64,000 nt of DNA from a bacterium (lineage in GTDB: Bacteria > Zhuqueibacterota > Zhuqueibacteria > Residuimicrobiales > Krinioviventaceae). Position 1 is the stretch's first letter. The number at the start of each line of letters is the position of its first letter. Positions 20,578-29,445 of the stretch are shown piece after piece. A program made the translations under genes and the position numbers. Below the pieces are notes generated by a model. That model was not told where the DNA came from, ran no database searches, and saw only the letters and a program-made list of their open reading frames with translations. The DNA is taken from NCBI GenBank assembly GCA_963675755.2, contig CAXXMD010000002.1, positions 1,568,001 to 1,632,000 on the forward strand, in the 5' to 3' direction.

Positions 20578-21824
20578 TAAGGAATTACCCTCAAATTATT
20601 TTTTTGTAAACGTTCCGGTTCCCAATTTGCAGGTACAGGTTTGGGATATTTAAAAAAATCATCAGATTCAACCGGAGCGCCATTATTGGCAGCACTGTCA
20701 TACAGAGCCTCAACCTGACCCAGAATATTCAAAGCATTGACAGCGTCTTTTTCGTATTTTTTACCGGTCAGTATGCAGGTTAAAAAATCAGACAATTCAT
20801 AAGCGAACGGATCATGATACGGGAGATCCAAATATTCCCAATGATCTCTCCACTCTATCTTTTCACCTACAACTGATTTTTCCCAGCGATTTGCAGGTGC
20901 CGTTTCTTTCCACTGTACTTTGAGTCCATAAAGACCGAAAATCATAGAACCCCCTTCACCATCTACTGTGATTTCAAGAGGACCAAACTCGGAATTAACA
21001 CGACGATACCATGACCAGATAGAAGTATTGACTACCCCACTGGTATGTTCACGTCGAAGCGCAGCATAATCTTCAACATCACAATCGATCACAGTCTTCC
21101 CGTCTGTGCTCATTCTTTGAGGAACAATGAGTCTTGCAGAAGCGCTCAATCTCTCGGTTTCACCAAACAACGCATTTGACAAGTATCCTTCATGGCACAT
21201 ATCCAGAATAATACCGCCGCCAGCTTCTTTAAACACCCAGTTAAAATCAGGGCGTTGACCAGAGAATTCAGCATTGCCTTCAAGTCCGGCACCTACTTCA
21301 TAACCAAACAACATCTGGGCGCTAAGGGGTTTGATTTTGGGCATCAGTTCAATGGCTTTCAACAAGCCAGGGGTAGAGATCATGTGATGTACAACACCGT
21401 GGGTAAAACCTCCTTTTTCCATCGCTTCAACAATGGCAAAGCCATCATCATAATTCGATGCCAGGGGTTTTTCCATAAAACAAAAGGTGGTTTTGGAATC
21501 CAATAACGGTAATGTATCAAGTACAACCCGGCGGCGGATACCGGTAGAAATTGTACAATGATAAATCTGAACATCCGGATTTTGACTTTTTGCAAAAGCA
21601 TACGCTTCCGGAATGTTATCATAATAATGTTTCAGTCCTTTTTCTTCTGCAACAGCTTTTACTTTGTCAAGATTACGGCTCACTCCAATTGGCAAGGGTT
21701 TTACAATATCACCGTTAACAATTGTTTTTTCATCATTGGCAATACTATTTAAAGCAGTTAATGCAATTTGTCCCATTCTTCCTGTAACACCATGTATAAT
21801 TACAGGGACAATTATATTTGCCAT
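20577..21824 (-). CDS. Gfo/Idh/MocA-family NAD(P)-dependent oxidoreductase
   Basis: HGVTGRMG Rossmann motif, MEKPLA and GGGIILDMCH. Confidence 0.85.
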   Translation of the reverse strand: MANIIVPVIIHGVTGRMGQIALTALNSIANDEKTIVNGDIVKPLPIGVSRNLDKVKAVAEEKGLKHYYDNIPEAYAFAKSQNPDVQIYHCTISTGIRRRVVLDTLPLLDSKTTFCFMEKPLASNYDDGFAIVEAMEKGGFTHGVVHHMISTPGLLKAIELMPKIKPLSAQMLFGYEVGAGLEGNAEFSGQRPDFNWVFKEAGGGIILDMCHEGYLSNALFGETERLSASARLIVPQRMSTDGKTVIDCDVEDYAALRREHTSGVVNTSIWSWYRRVNSEFGPLEITVDGEGGSMIFGLYGLKVQWKETAPANRWEKSVVGEKIEWRDHWEYLDLPYHDPFAYELSDFLTCILTGKKYEKDAVNALNILGQVEALYDSAANNGAPVESDDFFKYPKPVPANWEPERLQKNNLRVIP

Positions 21825-21858
21825 GTTTATGTTCCTCCATCGTGGATTAATATTTATA

Positions 21859-22914
21859 TTACAACAAACCCTGACGATAAGCCATTTCAGCGTTCAAAAT
21901 TGAACCACCGGCTGCACCGCGAACAAGGTTATTTGAAAGTGTTACAAAACGAATAATGTTACCCTCTACCTGCAATCTACCAACAGAGACAGCCATACCC
22001 GCTGCTCGCTCAGGGCTGCCGGCTTTCACATCATAACGATGCTGTGGACGATCAATTTCAGTACGGTAAATAACCGCTTGCTCAGGAGCTGTTGGTAAAC
22101 CAGCAACCTGTTCGGGAGATTTGTAATTCTGAAATGCTGACAGAACTTTATCATATTCCATGTCGTTTTCCATTTCCGCGTGAACAGAGATGAGGTGACC
22201 TACTATTGCCGGAACACGAATACAATGCGCATGGATTTCCCAATCCGCATCCAAAATATGACTATCATTAAAAGTACCACAAATCTTTTTGGTTTCGCTC
22301 AACAGTTTAGGTTCTTCATTGCCGATATAAGGAATCACATTTCCCTGAATATCCATAGCAGACAAACCGGGGTACCCGGCACCAGAGATTGCCTGATAAC
22401 TTGCAACAACGAGGCGTTTAATGCCCATAGGAATAATTGGCAGCAGCGCCATGGTTAATCCTGTGGTAGTACAGTTTGCATTGGTTATGATAAATCCTTC
22501 AGTATCACTTTGTGCTTTTGTCAAACCAATATGCTCATGATTAACTTCCGGTATTAAAATAGGTACATTCTTGTCCATACGATAAGAGCTGGCATTTGAA
22601 AAAACCTTCATACCTTCTTTGGCAGCTTTTTTTTCTATAGTATCTGCAATATCTGCTGGCAATGCTGAAAAGATCACTTTAATCTCTTTTTCCATCAATA
22701 TATCAACATCAATAGGATCAAAAACAAGATCAGCAAACGCTTGAGGAATACCACCATCAATATGCTCTTTCATCTCACCCAGTGTTTTACCTGTTCGAGC
22801 TTCACTGGCACATACAGCACCCAACTCAAAATAGGGATGACCGTTCAAGAGTTTCAAAAAATGCTGGCCTACAACACCGGTTGCACCCAAAACTGCACAT
22901 TTTACTTTTTTCAT
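21859..22914 (-). CDS. asd: Aspartate-semialdehyde dehydrogenase (archaeal/eukaryote-like type)
   Basis: LGATGVVGQ; NANCTT catalytic Cys; QAISGAGYPG; NNLVRGAAG. Confidence 0.93.
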   Translation of the reverse strand: MKKVKCAVLGATGVVGQHFLKLLNGHPYFELGAVCASEARTGKTLGEMKEHIDGGIPQAFADLVFDPIDVDILMEKEIKVIFSALPADIADTIEKKAAKEGMKVFSNASSYRMDKNVPILIPEVNHEHIGLTKAQSDTEGFIITNANCTTTGLTMALLPIIPMGIKRLVVASYQAISGAGYPGLSAMDIQGNVIPYIGNEEPKLLSETKKICGTFNDSHILDADWEIHAHCIRVPAIVGHLISVHAEMENDMEYDKVLSAFQNYKSPEQVAGLPTAPEQAVIYRTEIDRPQHRYDVKAGSPERAAGMAVSVGRLQVEGNIIRFVTLSNNLVRGAAGGSILNAEMAYRQGLL

Positions 22915-22951
22915 AACATCCTCGTTTATTATATGATTTTCATTAAATACT

Positions 22952-22988
22952 AAAAAAAAAGCCCACAGTGTAGTTCTCTGCGGGCTTT
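22952..22988 (-). terminator. Attenuator terminator upstream of asd
   Basis: Minus strand AAAGCCCGCAG-AGAACTACA-CTGTGGGC followed by T9, lying between the promoter and the asd start. Confidence 0.85.
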
Positions 22989-23010
22989 AAAAACTCTAAT
23001 GGATATAGTA

Positions 23011-23073
23011 TTATAAAGCCCAACTCTTTTTAAAAGTTTTTTTCATGGTTTTCTTTTTCATATCAATAGTCAT
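23011..23073 (-). CDS. Putative Lys-rich attenuator leader peptide MTIDMKKKTMKKTFKKSWAL (20 aa)
   Basis: ATG ACT ATT GAT ATG AAA AAG AAA ACC ATG AAA AAA ACT TTT AAA AAG AGT TGG GCT TTA TAA. AG-rich RBS. Its last codons (GGGCTTTA) are complementary to the terminator 5' arm (TAAAGCCC). Confidence 0.75.
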   Translation of the reverse strand: MTIDMKKKTMKKTFKKSWAL

Positions 23074-23097
23074 AATTTTCTCTTCTATTAGGTTTAT

Positions 23098-23126
23098 AAA
23101 TTACTCATTTCCTGACGAAATGTCAA
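23098..23126 (-). promoter_or_regulatory. Sigma-70-type promoter of the leader-asd operon
   Basis: Minus strand TTGACA-17 nt-TAATTT, about 25 nt upstream of the leader ATG. Confidence 0.65.
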
Positions 23127-23197
23127 GATTTAATATTGGCTTTTTGAAAAGGAATTCTTATAATATAGTGGTAACTGTTAAATGGAAATGATCAGTA

Positions 23198-23629
23198 TTG
23201 CGAATTGAAATTCAAAAAACAGGATTTACCAAAGTATTACCGGGATTGTTTTTCGCCGTAATTGGCAGCACAGGTGTTGCTGTAATTCATTTTTTTCCAG
23301 AAATATTACATCAAATACCCGCTTGTTTGTTCAGAGAGTTTTTTAATATACCCTGTCCGGCTTGCGGTGCAACTCATAGTGGCATATATCTGGCACATCT
23401 GAACATTCCGGCTGCTCTGTTGGCCAATCCGTTTTTCTTTTTGGTGTATATTTTTATATTCCTGTGGAGTTTGAATGCCCTGGCAGGATTATTGTTTAAG
23501 AAAAATATGCAAATTGTTTTAACATTAAAAGAGCAGACAATCCTTTACCGGATTATTCTCTTTTCTTTTCCACTTAACTGGCTGTTTTTAATTCTCTTTT
23601 CCATTTTTACAGGAAGAAATGGTCAATAA
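23198..23629 (+). CDS. DUF2752-family membrane protein
   Basis: CLFREFFNIPCPACGATH...NP motif plus TM helices. Confidence 0.85.
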   Translation: MRIEIQKTGFTKVLPGLFFAVIGSTGVAVIHFFPEILHQIPACLFREFFNIPCPACGATHSGIYLAHLNIPAALLANPFFFLVYIFIFLWSLNALAGLLFKKNMQIVLTLKEQTILYRIILFSFPLNWLFLILFSIFTGRNGQ

Positions 23630-23672
23630 TTTTGTTAATAATATTTAGAATTTAAATTAATGAACAAGGCAG

Positions 23673-24503
23673 ATGAATAAAATATTAACCGGTGTCACTG
23701 TTGACACATTCGACGGCTTTACTCCCTCATTTCTCATTGGGGGCCTCAAATTACTCGGGCTTGATTTTGTAGAAATCAATAAAACCGTATTTCAGGAAAC
23801 AGAATTATTTGCATCTAAAATCGGGAAAACCAAAACCGGCTTTCACCTCCCCATAATCAGTGAATCCGGGTGGGATCTATCATGTCCCGCTTTTCAAAAT
23901 GAGATTGAAACCCTGATCAACAATCTCAATACCTGGAAAGACAAACTGAACATACAACATGTTGTATCTCATCCAATCGAGTACAGCAAAAGACATCCGA
24001 ATTTAGAGACATCCAGGGATTTTTTAATAAAAAACCTTGAACAAATAGATCTCCCTGTTTATATTGAAAATACTACATTATATACTCCGGAAACATTTCA
24101 GGAATTTTACATTGAAATGAAATCAATCCTAGACAAAAAAGTATCAGGTGTTTGTTTCGACGCTCCCCATCTCTTTATAACCGGGAACGATCCTGTCGAT
24201 TTCTTTAATAAAATGTCTGACAACATTGGTACCATACATTTATCTGATTGTGAAAAAGACAAAGACAGACATCTTACTTTTGGTAAAGGCGTATTACCCA
24301 TTCAAAATATTTTAAAACAGATCAAACATTCAAATTTTTCGGGTTATATTACCCTTGAAATTCAACCCCACTCTATTCAGGATCTCGATCCATATATAAA
24401 CAGTTATTTACAAACAATAAAAGCTGTTAATTATACCAAATATCTAAGAACACGGCTTCGAATGATCTTTTTACAACCTCTGATAAAAAGATTTATTAAC
24501 TAG
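23673..24503 (+). CDS. Xylose-isomerase-like/AP-endonuclease-2 TIM-barrel protein
   Basis: Metal-ligand motifs YIEN, CFDAPH, IHLSD and ITLEI. Confidence 0.8.
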   Translation: MNKILTGVTVDTFDGFTPSFLIGGLKLLGLDFVEINKTVFQETELFASKIGKTKTGFHLPIISESGWDLSCPAFQNEIETLINNLNTWKDKLNIQHVVSHPIEYSKRHPNLETSRDFLIKNLEQIDLPVYIENTTLYTPETFQEFYIEMKSILDKKVSGVCFDAPHLFITGNDPVDFFNKMSDNIGTIHLSDCEKDKDRHLTFGKGVLPIQNILKQIKHSNFSGYITLEIQPHSIQDLDPYINSYLQTIKAVNYTKYLRTRLRMIFLQPLIKRFIN

Positions 24504-24716
24504 TCTAGCATGAATACTCGATTCATAATAATATATTCAGCAGCAGAGCTGAAGGATTAATATTTTGAAGAGAATCATCCAGATTTTACTATCCGAAATA
24601 TTTCAATCAATCGAAATTAAATTGAAATTTATCATTATTCTATGGGTTTATAATAATATGAACCTATGGAGCCATTCTAATTAATTATTCTCATAAAATT
24701 ACAGGAGAAATTCAGC

Positions 24717-25856
24717 ATGTCTAATCAATATCAAGCAATTCTTCCCGAGCTCAAAGATAAAATTCTGGGATATCAGCTTGAAAATACTAAAGACACAGAA
24801 ACATTAATTGGGCTTCCCTATCCGTATACCGCATCTGGGCAAGACAAACGTAACGCACTCTATTACTGGGATACGTTTTTCATTAACCAGGCTTTAATTA
24901 AATTTAAATTGGTAGAAAATGCCCGCTACAATGTTGAAAACCTGATCTACCTGTACCGACAATTACATTATATACCAACCTCAAACCATAAACAACCGGC
25001 ACACTATTATCATCCACCTCTAATGCCCTGGATGATTCGTGATGTTTACCGCGCAACGGGAGATAAAGAATGGCTGCGCAGAATGCTGCCACATGCTTTG
25101 GATGAATTCCATACCTGGACTACAAAACCCCATACCTCTCCTTCGGGTTTATTTCGGTACCACGCAAAAGAAGAAAATACACAAAACATTGAAAGTGTTG
25201 ACAAGGGATTAATGTGTTCACTTCGTTTTGACAACTTGAACAATGTAAATCCCGTTGATTTAAATGCAATCCTATATCGAAATGCAAAACTGTTATATGA
25301 TTTGCAAATTGAAGAATCTGGTAAAGGCGATGAAAGTCTGTTGCACAAAAGTCAACAGATTAAGAAACTTTTAGAAATCTGTTGGGACCCCGAAGAAAAT
25401 TTCTACTTTGACAATGATTTTACCAACAAAACTCACATAAAAATCAAATCTCTTTCCGGGTTTATGCCCCTGTTTGTAGAAATGGTTGATGGTGGTCGCG
25501 CAAAGATTCTGATTCAACAGCTTAAGCTTTTTGCACAACCCGGAGGTCTCTCTTTTACTGACAAGGACTATAACTTGACATCAGCCGGTTTGCAATATCC
25601 GTTAACCACTGCTCCCTGTATCTATTTTATCATTAAAGGCTTGTGTGATTATGAATATATGGAAGATGCTCTGGATATTGGTTCAAACTGGCTTGATATG
25701 ATATATGATACTTTTAAAAGCTCGGGAGAAATGTGGGAATGGTACAATACATCCACAAAATCGGTTAAACCTGAAAATGGTATTGCCAATACTCCCGTTA
25801 TGGGCTGGACAGCAGGAACCTACATTGCATTATTAGACACTCTTGGATTACACTAG
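24717..25856 (+). CDS. Trehalase-like (GH37/GH63 alpha6/alpha6 barrel) protein, possibly catalytically degenerate
   Basis: LYYWDTFF, PVDLNAILY, MWEWYN and GWTAG motifs. Confidence 0.75.
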   Translation: MSNQYQAILPELKDKILGYQLENTKDTETLIGLPYPYTASGQDKRNALYYWDTFFINQALIKFKLVENARYNVENLIYLYRQLHYIPTSNHKQPAHYYHPPLMPWMIRDVYRATGDKEWLRRMLPHALDEFHTWTTKPHTSPSGLFRYHAKEENTQNIESVDKGLMCSLRFDNLNNVNPVDLNAILYRNAKLLYDLQIEESGKGDESLLHKSQQIKKLLEICWDPEENFYFDNDFTNKTHIKIKSLSGFMPLFVEMVDGGRAKILIQQLKLFAQPGGLSFTDKDYNLTSAGLQYPLTTAPCIYFIIKGLCDYEYMEDALDIGSNWLDMIYDTFKSSGEMWEWYNTSTKSVKPENGIANTPVMGWTAGTYIALLDTLGLH

Positions 25857-25868
25857 ACTATTACGGAT

Positions 25869-27773
25869 ATGGACACTCAAAAATACTTTATTATTGGAAC
25901 AGCAGGGCACATTGATCATGGCAAATCTGCCATGGTCAAAGCGCTCACGGGAACAGATCCCGACAGGCTTTCAGAGGAACAGGAACGCGGAATGACCATA
26001 GATCTGGGATTCGCGTTTTTGAATGAACAGATAGCAATTATTGACGTACCCGGTCATGAACGGTTTATTAAAAATATGGTGGCTGGTGTCAGCACTATAG
26101 ACATGGTAATGATGGTCATTGCGGCAGATGATGGTGTAATGCCGCAAACCCGTGAGCATTTGGACATTTTGAATGTATTAAATGTTAAACAAGGTATAAT
26201 TGTTATATCCAAAGCTGACCTGGTTGACGATGAATGGTTAGAGATAGTCAAAGAAGATATTGGCACTCTGGTAAAGGGGACTTTTTTACAGGATAAACCC
26301 ATCATCCCTATTTCTTCGGTTAAAGGCACTGGAATTAAAGAGTTGAAACAACTTCTTTTAGATACAGTTTCAACCCTTCCACCTAGAAAAAACCGGGGTG
26401 TATTCTGGATGCCAATTGACCGATCCTTTTCCATCAAAGGATTTGGCACTGTGGTTACCGGCTCTGTATTGTCAGGCAGTCTTCAGCCCGGTAATGTTCT
26501 TGACTTGCTGCCGGAGGGAAAACAGGTCAAGGTTAGGGGCATTCAAACACATGGTAAATCAACAGAAACAGTAAGGCTGGGTGAACGTGCAGCAATAAAC
26601 CTGGCCAACATCTCGAAAGAAGAAATCATTCGGGGAGATGTATTGGCTAGTCCCGAATATTTTACTCCCTCTAACATATTTGATGCAAAGCTGGATATCT
26701 TAAAATCAGCAAAAAAACCGTTAAAAAACAGAGCAAGGGTTAGGGTACATATCGGGACGCGTGAGGTTATTGGCCGCATTCGGATACTGGACCGGGACCT
26801 TATCGCTCCCGGTGAAAACGGGTATGTACAGCTAAAGCTTGAACAAACTGCGGTAGCTATTCGTCGTGATCCGTTTGTGATACGGCAATACTCTCCTGTT
26901 GTGACAATTGGCGGTGGTATCATTCTGGATACCAACCCGAAACACCATAAACGGTTTGATCATGCCATATTGAAAAAACTGCAAACTCTTGAAACAGAAA
27001 ATCCATTAGAGACGCTGAATATCCTTTTAATGAGCAATGCAGAAACAGGTCTGAATCTGAATGAGCTGGAAAAGCAATCAGGCATGGAACAAGGGCCCTT
27101 GATCGAATACCTTGAACAATTGTTAAATCAGGAACAAATTGTTAATTGTGGTTCAAACAAAAAACCGCAATATTTTCCTGCAACCCAAATTGCGCAAACG
27201 CGTGAAACCATTCTGAATCTGTTGCAACAGTTTCACGAGTCTGAGCCATTGAAACCGGGTATGAACAAGGCTGAATTAAAGAAAACAACACGTTCGGCCA
27301 TCTTGTTCGAATTCATTCTGGAATCACTGATTAATGAAGAACTGATTACCATAACATCAAACCGGGTCAAACTGAGCAGCCACAGAATTAAGCTGGATGA
27401 AAAACAGGAAAAAATCGCAGATCAGATAATGGATATGCTGACCAAAGCAGGTTACAGCCCGCCGGGTATTGATGAACTGGCTAAATCAATTGGAAGCCGC
27501 GTTCAGGAGACTGAAAATCTTATTTATGCACTTGAAGGATTGAACAAAGTTGTCAGAGTTGAAGATGATGTTTATTTTACAGCGCCCGCATTAAAAGCTG
27601 CCAGAGAAAAACTGATAAACTTTATCAGGCAGAACAAGGAAATAACTGTAAGCCAATTTCGTGATGAGCTGGACACCTCGCGTAAATATGCTATGGCCCT
27701 TTTACTCTATTTCGACAATATTGGTTTGACGGTACGAGTGGAAGATGTAAGAATTCTGGATCAGGTAATTTGA
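25869..27773 (+). CDS. selB: Selenocysteine-specific translation elongation factor
   Basis: [20 protein letters not shown] and DVPGHERF; C-terminal winged-helix motif SRKYAMALL. Confidence 0.95.
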   Translation: MDTQKYFIIGTAGHIDHGKSAMVKALTGTDPDRLSEEQERGMTIDLGFAFLNEQIAIIDVPGHERFIKNMVAGVSTIDMVMMVIAADDGVMPQTREHLDILNVLNVKQGIIVISKADLVDDEWLEIVKEDIGTLVKGTFLQDKPIIPISSVKGTGIKELKQLLLDTVSTLPPRKNRGVFWMPIDRSFSIKGFGTVVTGSVLSGSLQPGNVLDLLPEGKQVKVRGIQTHGKSTETVRLGERAAINLANISKEEIIRGDVLASPEYFTPSNIFDAKLDILKSAKKPLKNRARVRVHIGTREVIGRIRILDRDLIAPGENGYVQLKLEQTAVAIRRDPFVIRQYSPVVTIGGGIILDTNPKHHKRFDHAILKKLQTLETENPLETLNILLMSNAETGLNLNELEKQSGMEQGPLIEYLEQLLNQEQIVNCGSNKKPQYFPATQIAQTRETILNLLQQFHESEPLKPGMNKAELKKTTRSAILFEFILESLINEELITITSNRVKLSSHRIKLDEKQEKIADQIMDMLTKAGYSPPGIDELAKSIGSRVQETENLIYALEGLNKVVRVEDDVYFTAPALKAAREKLINFIRQNKEITVSQFRDELDTSRKYAMALLLYFDNIGLTVRVEDVRILDQVI

Positions 27774-29053
27774 TGATATAACGGAAGCAAAATTGTGATG
27801 GTTGTACCGGCATCGGGGGCGCTGGTAACCTGAATTTTGCCCTCATGCTTTTGAATAACATTATATGCAATGGACAATTCTGTTCGTAGTTGAATGCGGG
27901 AATCTTTTGTCCAAAATCCCAGATCAAACATGGTATTTAATTGTTCTTCTGACAAGGGTTTACCCGTATCGGAAATAGAAACTTCTGCAAACTCGGCTTT
28001 TTCTTTCTTATCCAGTTTTACAAATTTCGTAGTAATGGTCAATGTGCCTTTGTTTTCCATATTTTGAACTGCAAAAAGAATAAGGCTCATAAATACCTGG
28101 TTCATTTGATTGACATAACATGGAACCTTGGGCAGCTCGGAATAATTTTTGACAATACTGATCTTTTCATCCAGTTCTTGTCTTATCAATGCCAGTGTAT
28201 TATCAAGACAATCATGAACATCCACTGCCTGCATGTCTGCTTCATCCAAACGTGTAAAACTCTTTAGACTTTTAACCAGTCGCGAAATACGGTCACTGGC
28301 CTGAACGATAATCTGATTATTGCTTTTTAAAATATTCAGCGTTTTGTTGTACTGCTCACCATCTTTCAAGTCCGGGCAGTCACTGTCGCCAACCAATTTT
28401 TCAATTATTTTCAAACATCTATCTGATATATCCGCCGAGCTTTTCACAACACCAATAGGATTATTAACTTCGTGGGCAATTCCTGCAACCAGGTTACCTA
28501 CTGCGGCCATTTTTTCCGCATGAACAAGTTGAAGCTGTGTTGCTTTTAATTCTTCCAGGGTATTTGAAAGTTCCTGTGTACGTTCTGTCACTTTTTGCTC
28601 AAGAGTCTGGTTCATTTCCAATAAACGCTGGTGTTGTTCTTCCAGTTGTTTTTCCTGATAAAAGCTCTTTATGGCTTCCTGAATAGTCAAAATCAGATCT
28701 TCCGGTTCCCAGGGTTTGGGGATATATCGATACAATTTTGCTTCATTTACGGCTTTGCCTATAGCATCGAGATTAGCCTGTCCTGTCAGCATTATCTTTA
28801 ATGTTCCGGGTGAAATCTCGTGAATGCGTTTCAAAAGTTCATCACCCTTCATATCGGGCATAATATAATCTGCAATAACTACAGGAACATCACACTGGTC
28901 ACTCATTAATTCTTCCAGTATCTCGAGAGCTTCCAGACTACCTTCAGCAGTTTCAATTATATATTCTTCACCAAATGTACTTTTCAGTTCAGCTTTAAGA
29001 CTGCTAAGCACAAACATTTCATCATCAACACATATTATAGCGGGTTTGCTCAT
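27761..29053 (-). CDS. Hybrid receiver-HisKA protein with degenerate ATPase domain
   Basis: REC domain (VDDE, IADYIMP, LTG, KP); H-box AHEVNNP; N-box and G2-box are altered. Confidence 0.85.
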   Translation of the reverse strand: MSKPAIICVDDEMFVLSSLKAELKSTFGEEYIIETAEGSLEALEILEELMSDQCDVPVVIADYIMPDMKGDELLKRIHEISPGTLKIMLTGQANLDAIGKAVNEAKLYRYIPKPWEPEDLILTIQEAIKSFYQEKQLEEQHQRLLEMNQTLEQKVTERTQELSNTLEELKATQLQLVHAEKMAAVGNLVAGIAHEVNNPIGVVKSSADISDRCLKIIEKLVGDSDCPDLKDGEQYNKTLNILKSNNQIIVQASDRISRLVKSLKSFTRLDEADMQAVDVHDCLDNTLALIRQELDEKISIVKNYSELPKVPCYVNQMNQVFMSLILFAVQNMENKGTLTITTKFVKLDKKEKAEFAEVSISDTGKPLSEEQLNTMFDLGFWTKDSRIQLRTELSIAYNVIQKHEGKIQVTSAPDAGTTITILLPLYHQIT

Positions 29054-29445
29054 AACCTTGCCAGTCCAGTATTTATGGTATCTACCAATTCTTCTTCAGT
29101 CCAGGGTTTATGCAGACATCTGTGTAAATTGGCATTTTCAACAGCACGTTTGATTGCAGTATCATCCGCCTGGCCTGTCAGCATGATCTTGACAATCTTG
29201 GGAAATTTTTGATGAACCTGAATCAAAAATTCATCACCTTTAATTCCTGGCATTAACCAGTCAGAGACAATAATAATTATATCCAGGCCATCCTCTTCAA
29301 GCTCTTCGATTAGCTCCATGGCATCATTTGCGTTTTCTGCAACTTCATAGGTAAACCGATCGCCGAATCTATCTTTTAACTGAATTTTCAAACTATCCAG
29401 AATCATTTTTTCATCATCTACGCACAGAATAACCTGCCGACTCAT
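29050..29445 (-). CDS. Single-domain response regulator
   Basis: VDDE, VSDWLMP, LTGQA and KPW. Confidence 0.92.
   Translation of the reverse strand: MSRQVILCVDDEKMILDSLKIQLKDRFGDRFTYEVAENANDAMELIEELEEDGLDIIIIVSDWLMPGIKGDEFLIQVHQKFPKIVKIMLTGQADDTAIKRAVENANLHRCLHKPWTEEELVDTINTGLARL

Noticed and set aside
22915-23100. Lysine riboswitch or T-box upstream of asd
   Set aside because: The leader is too short and AT-rich and has no recognisable L-box or T-box consensus. The leader-peptide model explains the observed pairings.
25869-27773. Selenoprotein gene or tRNA-Sec next to selB
   Set aside because: I noticed no UGA-interrupted ORF, selA, selD or tRNA-like sequence. tpx and the DCC1-like gene use Cys codons.
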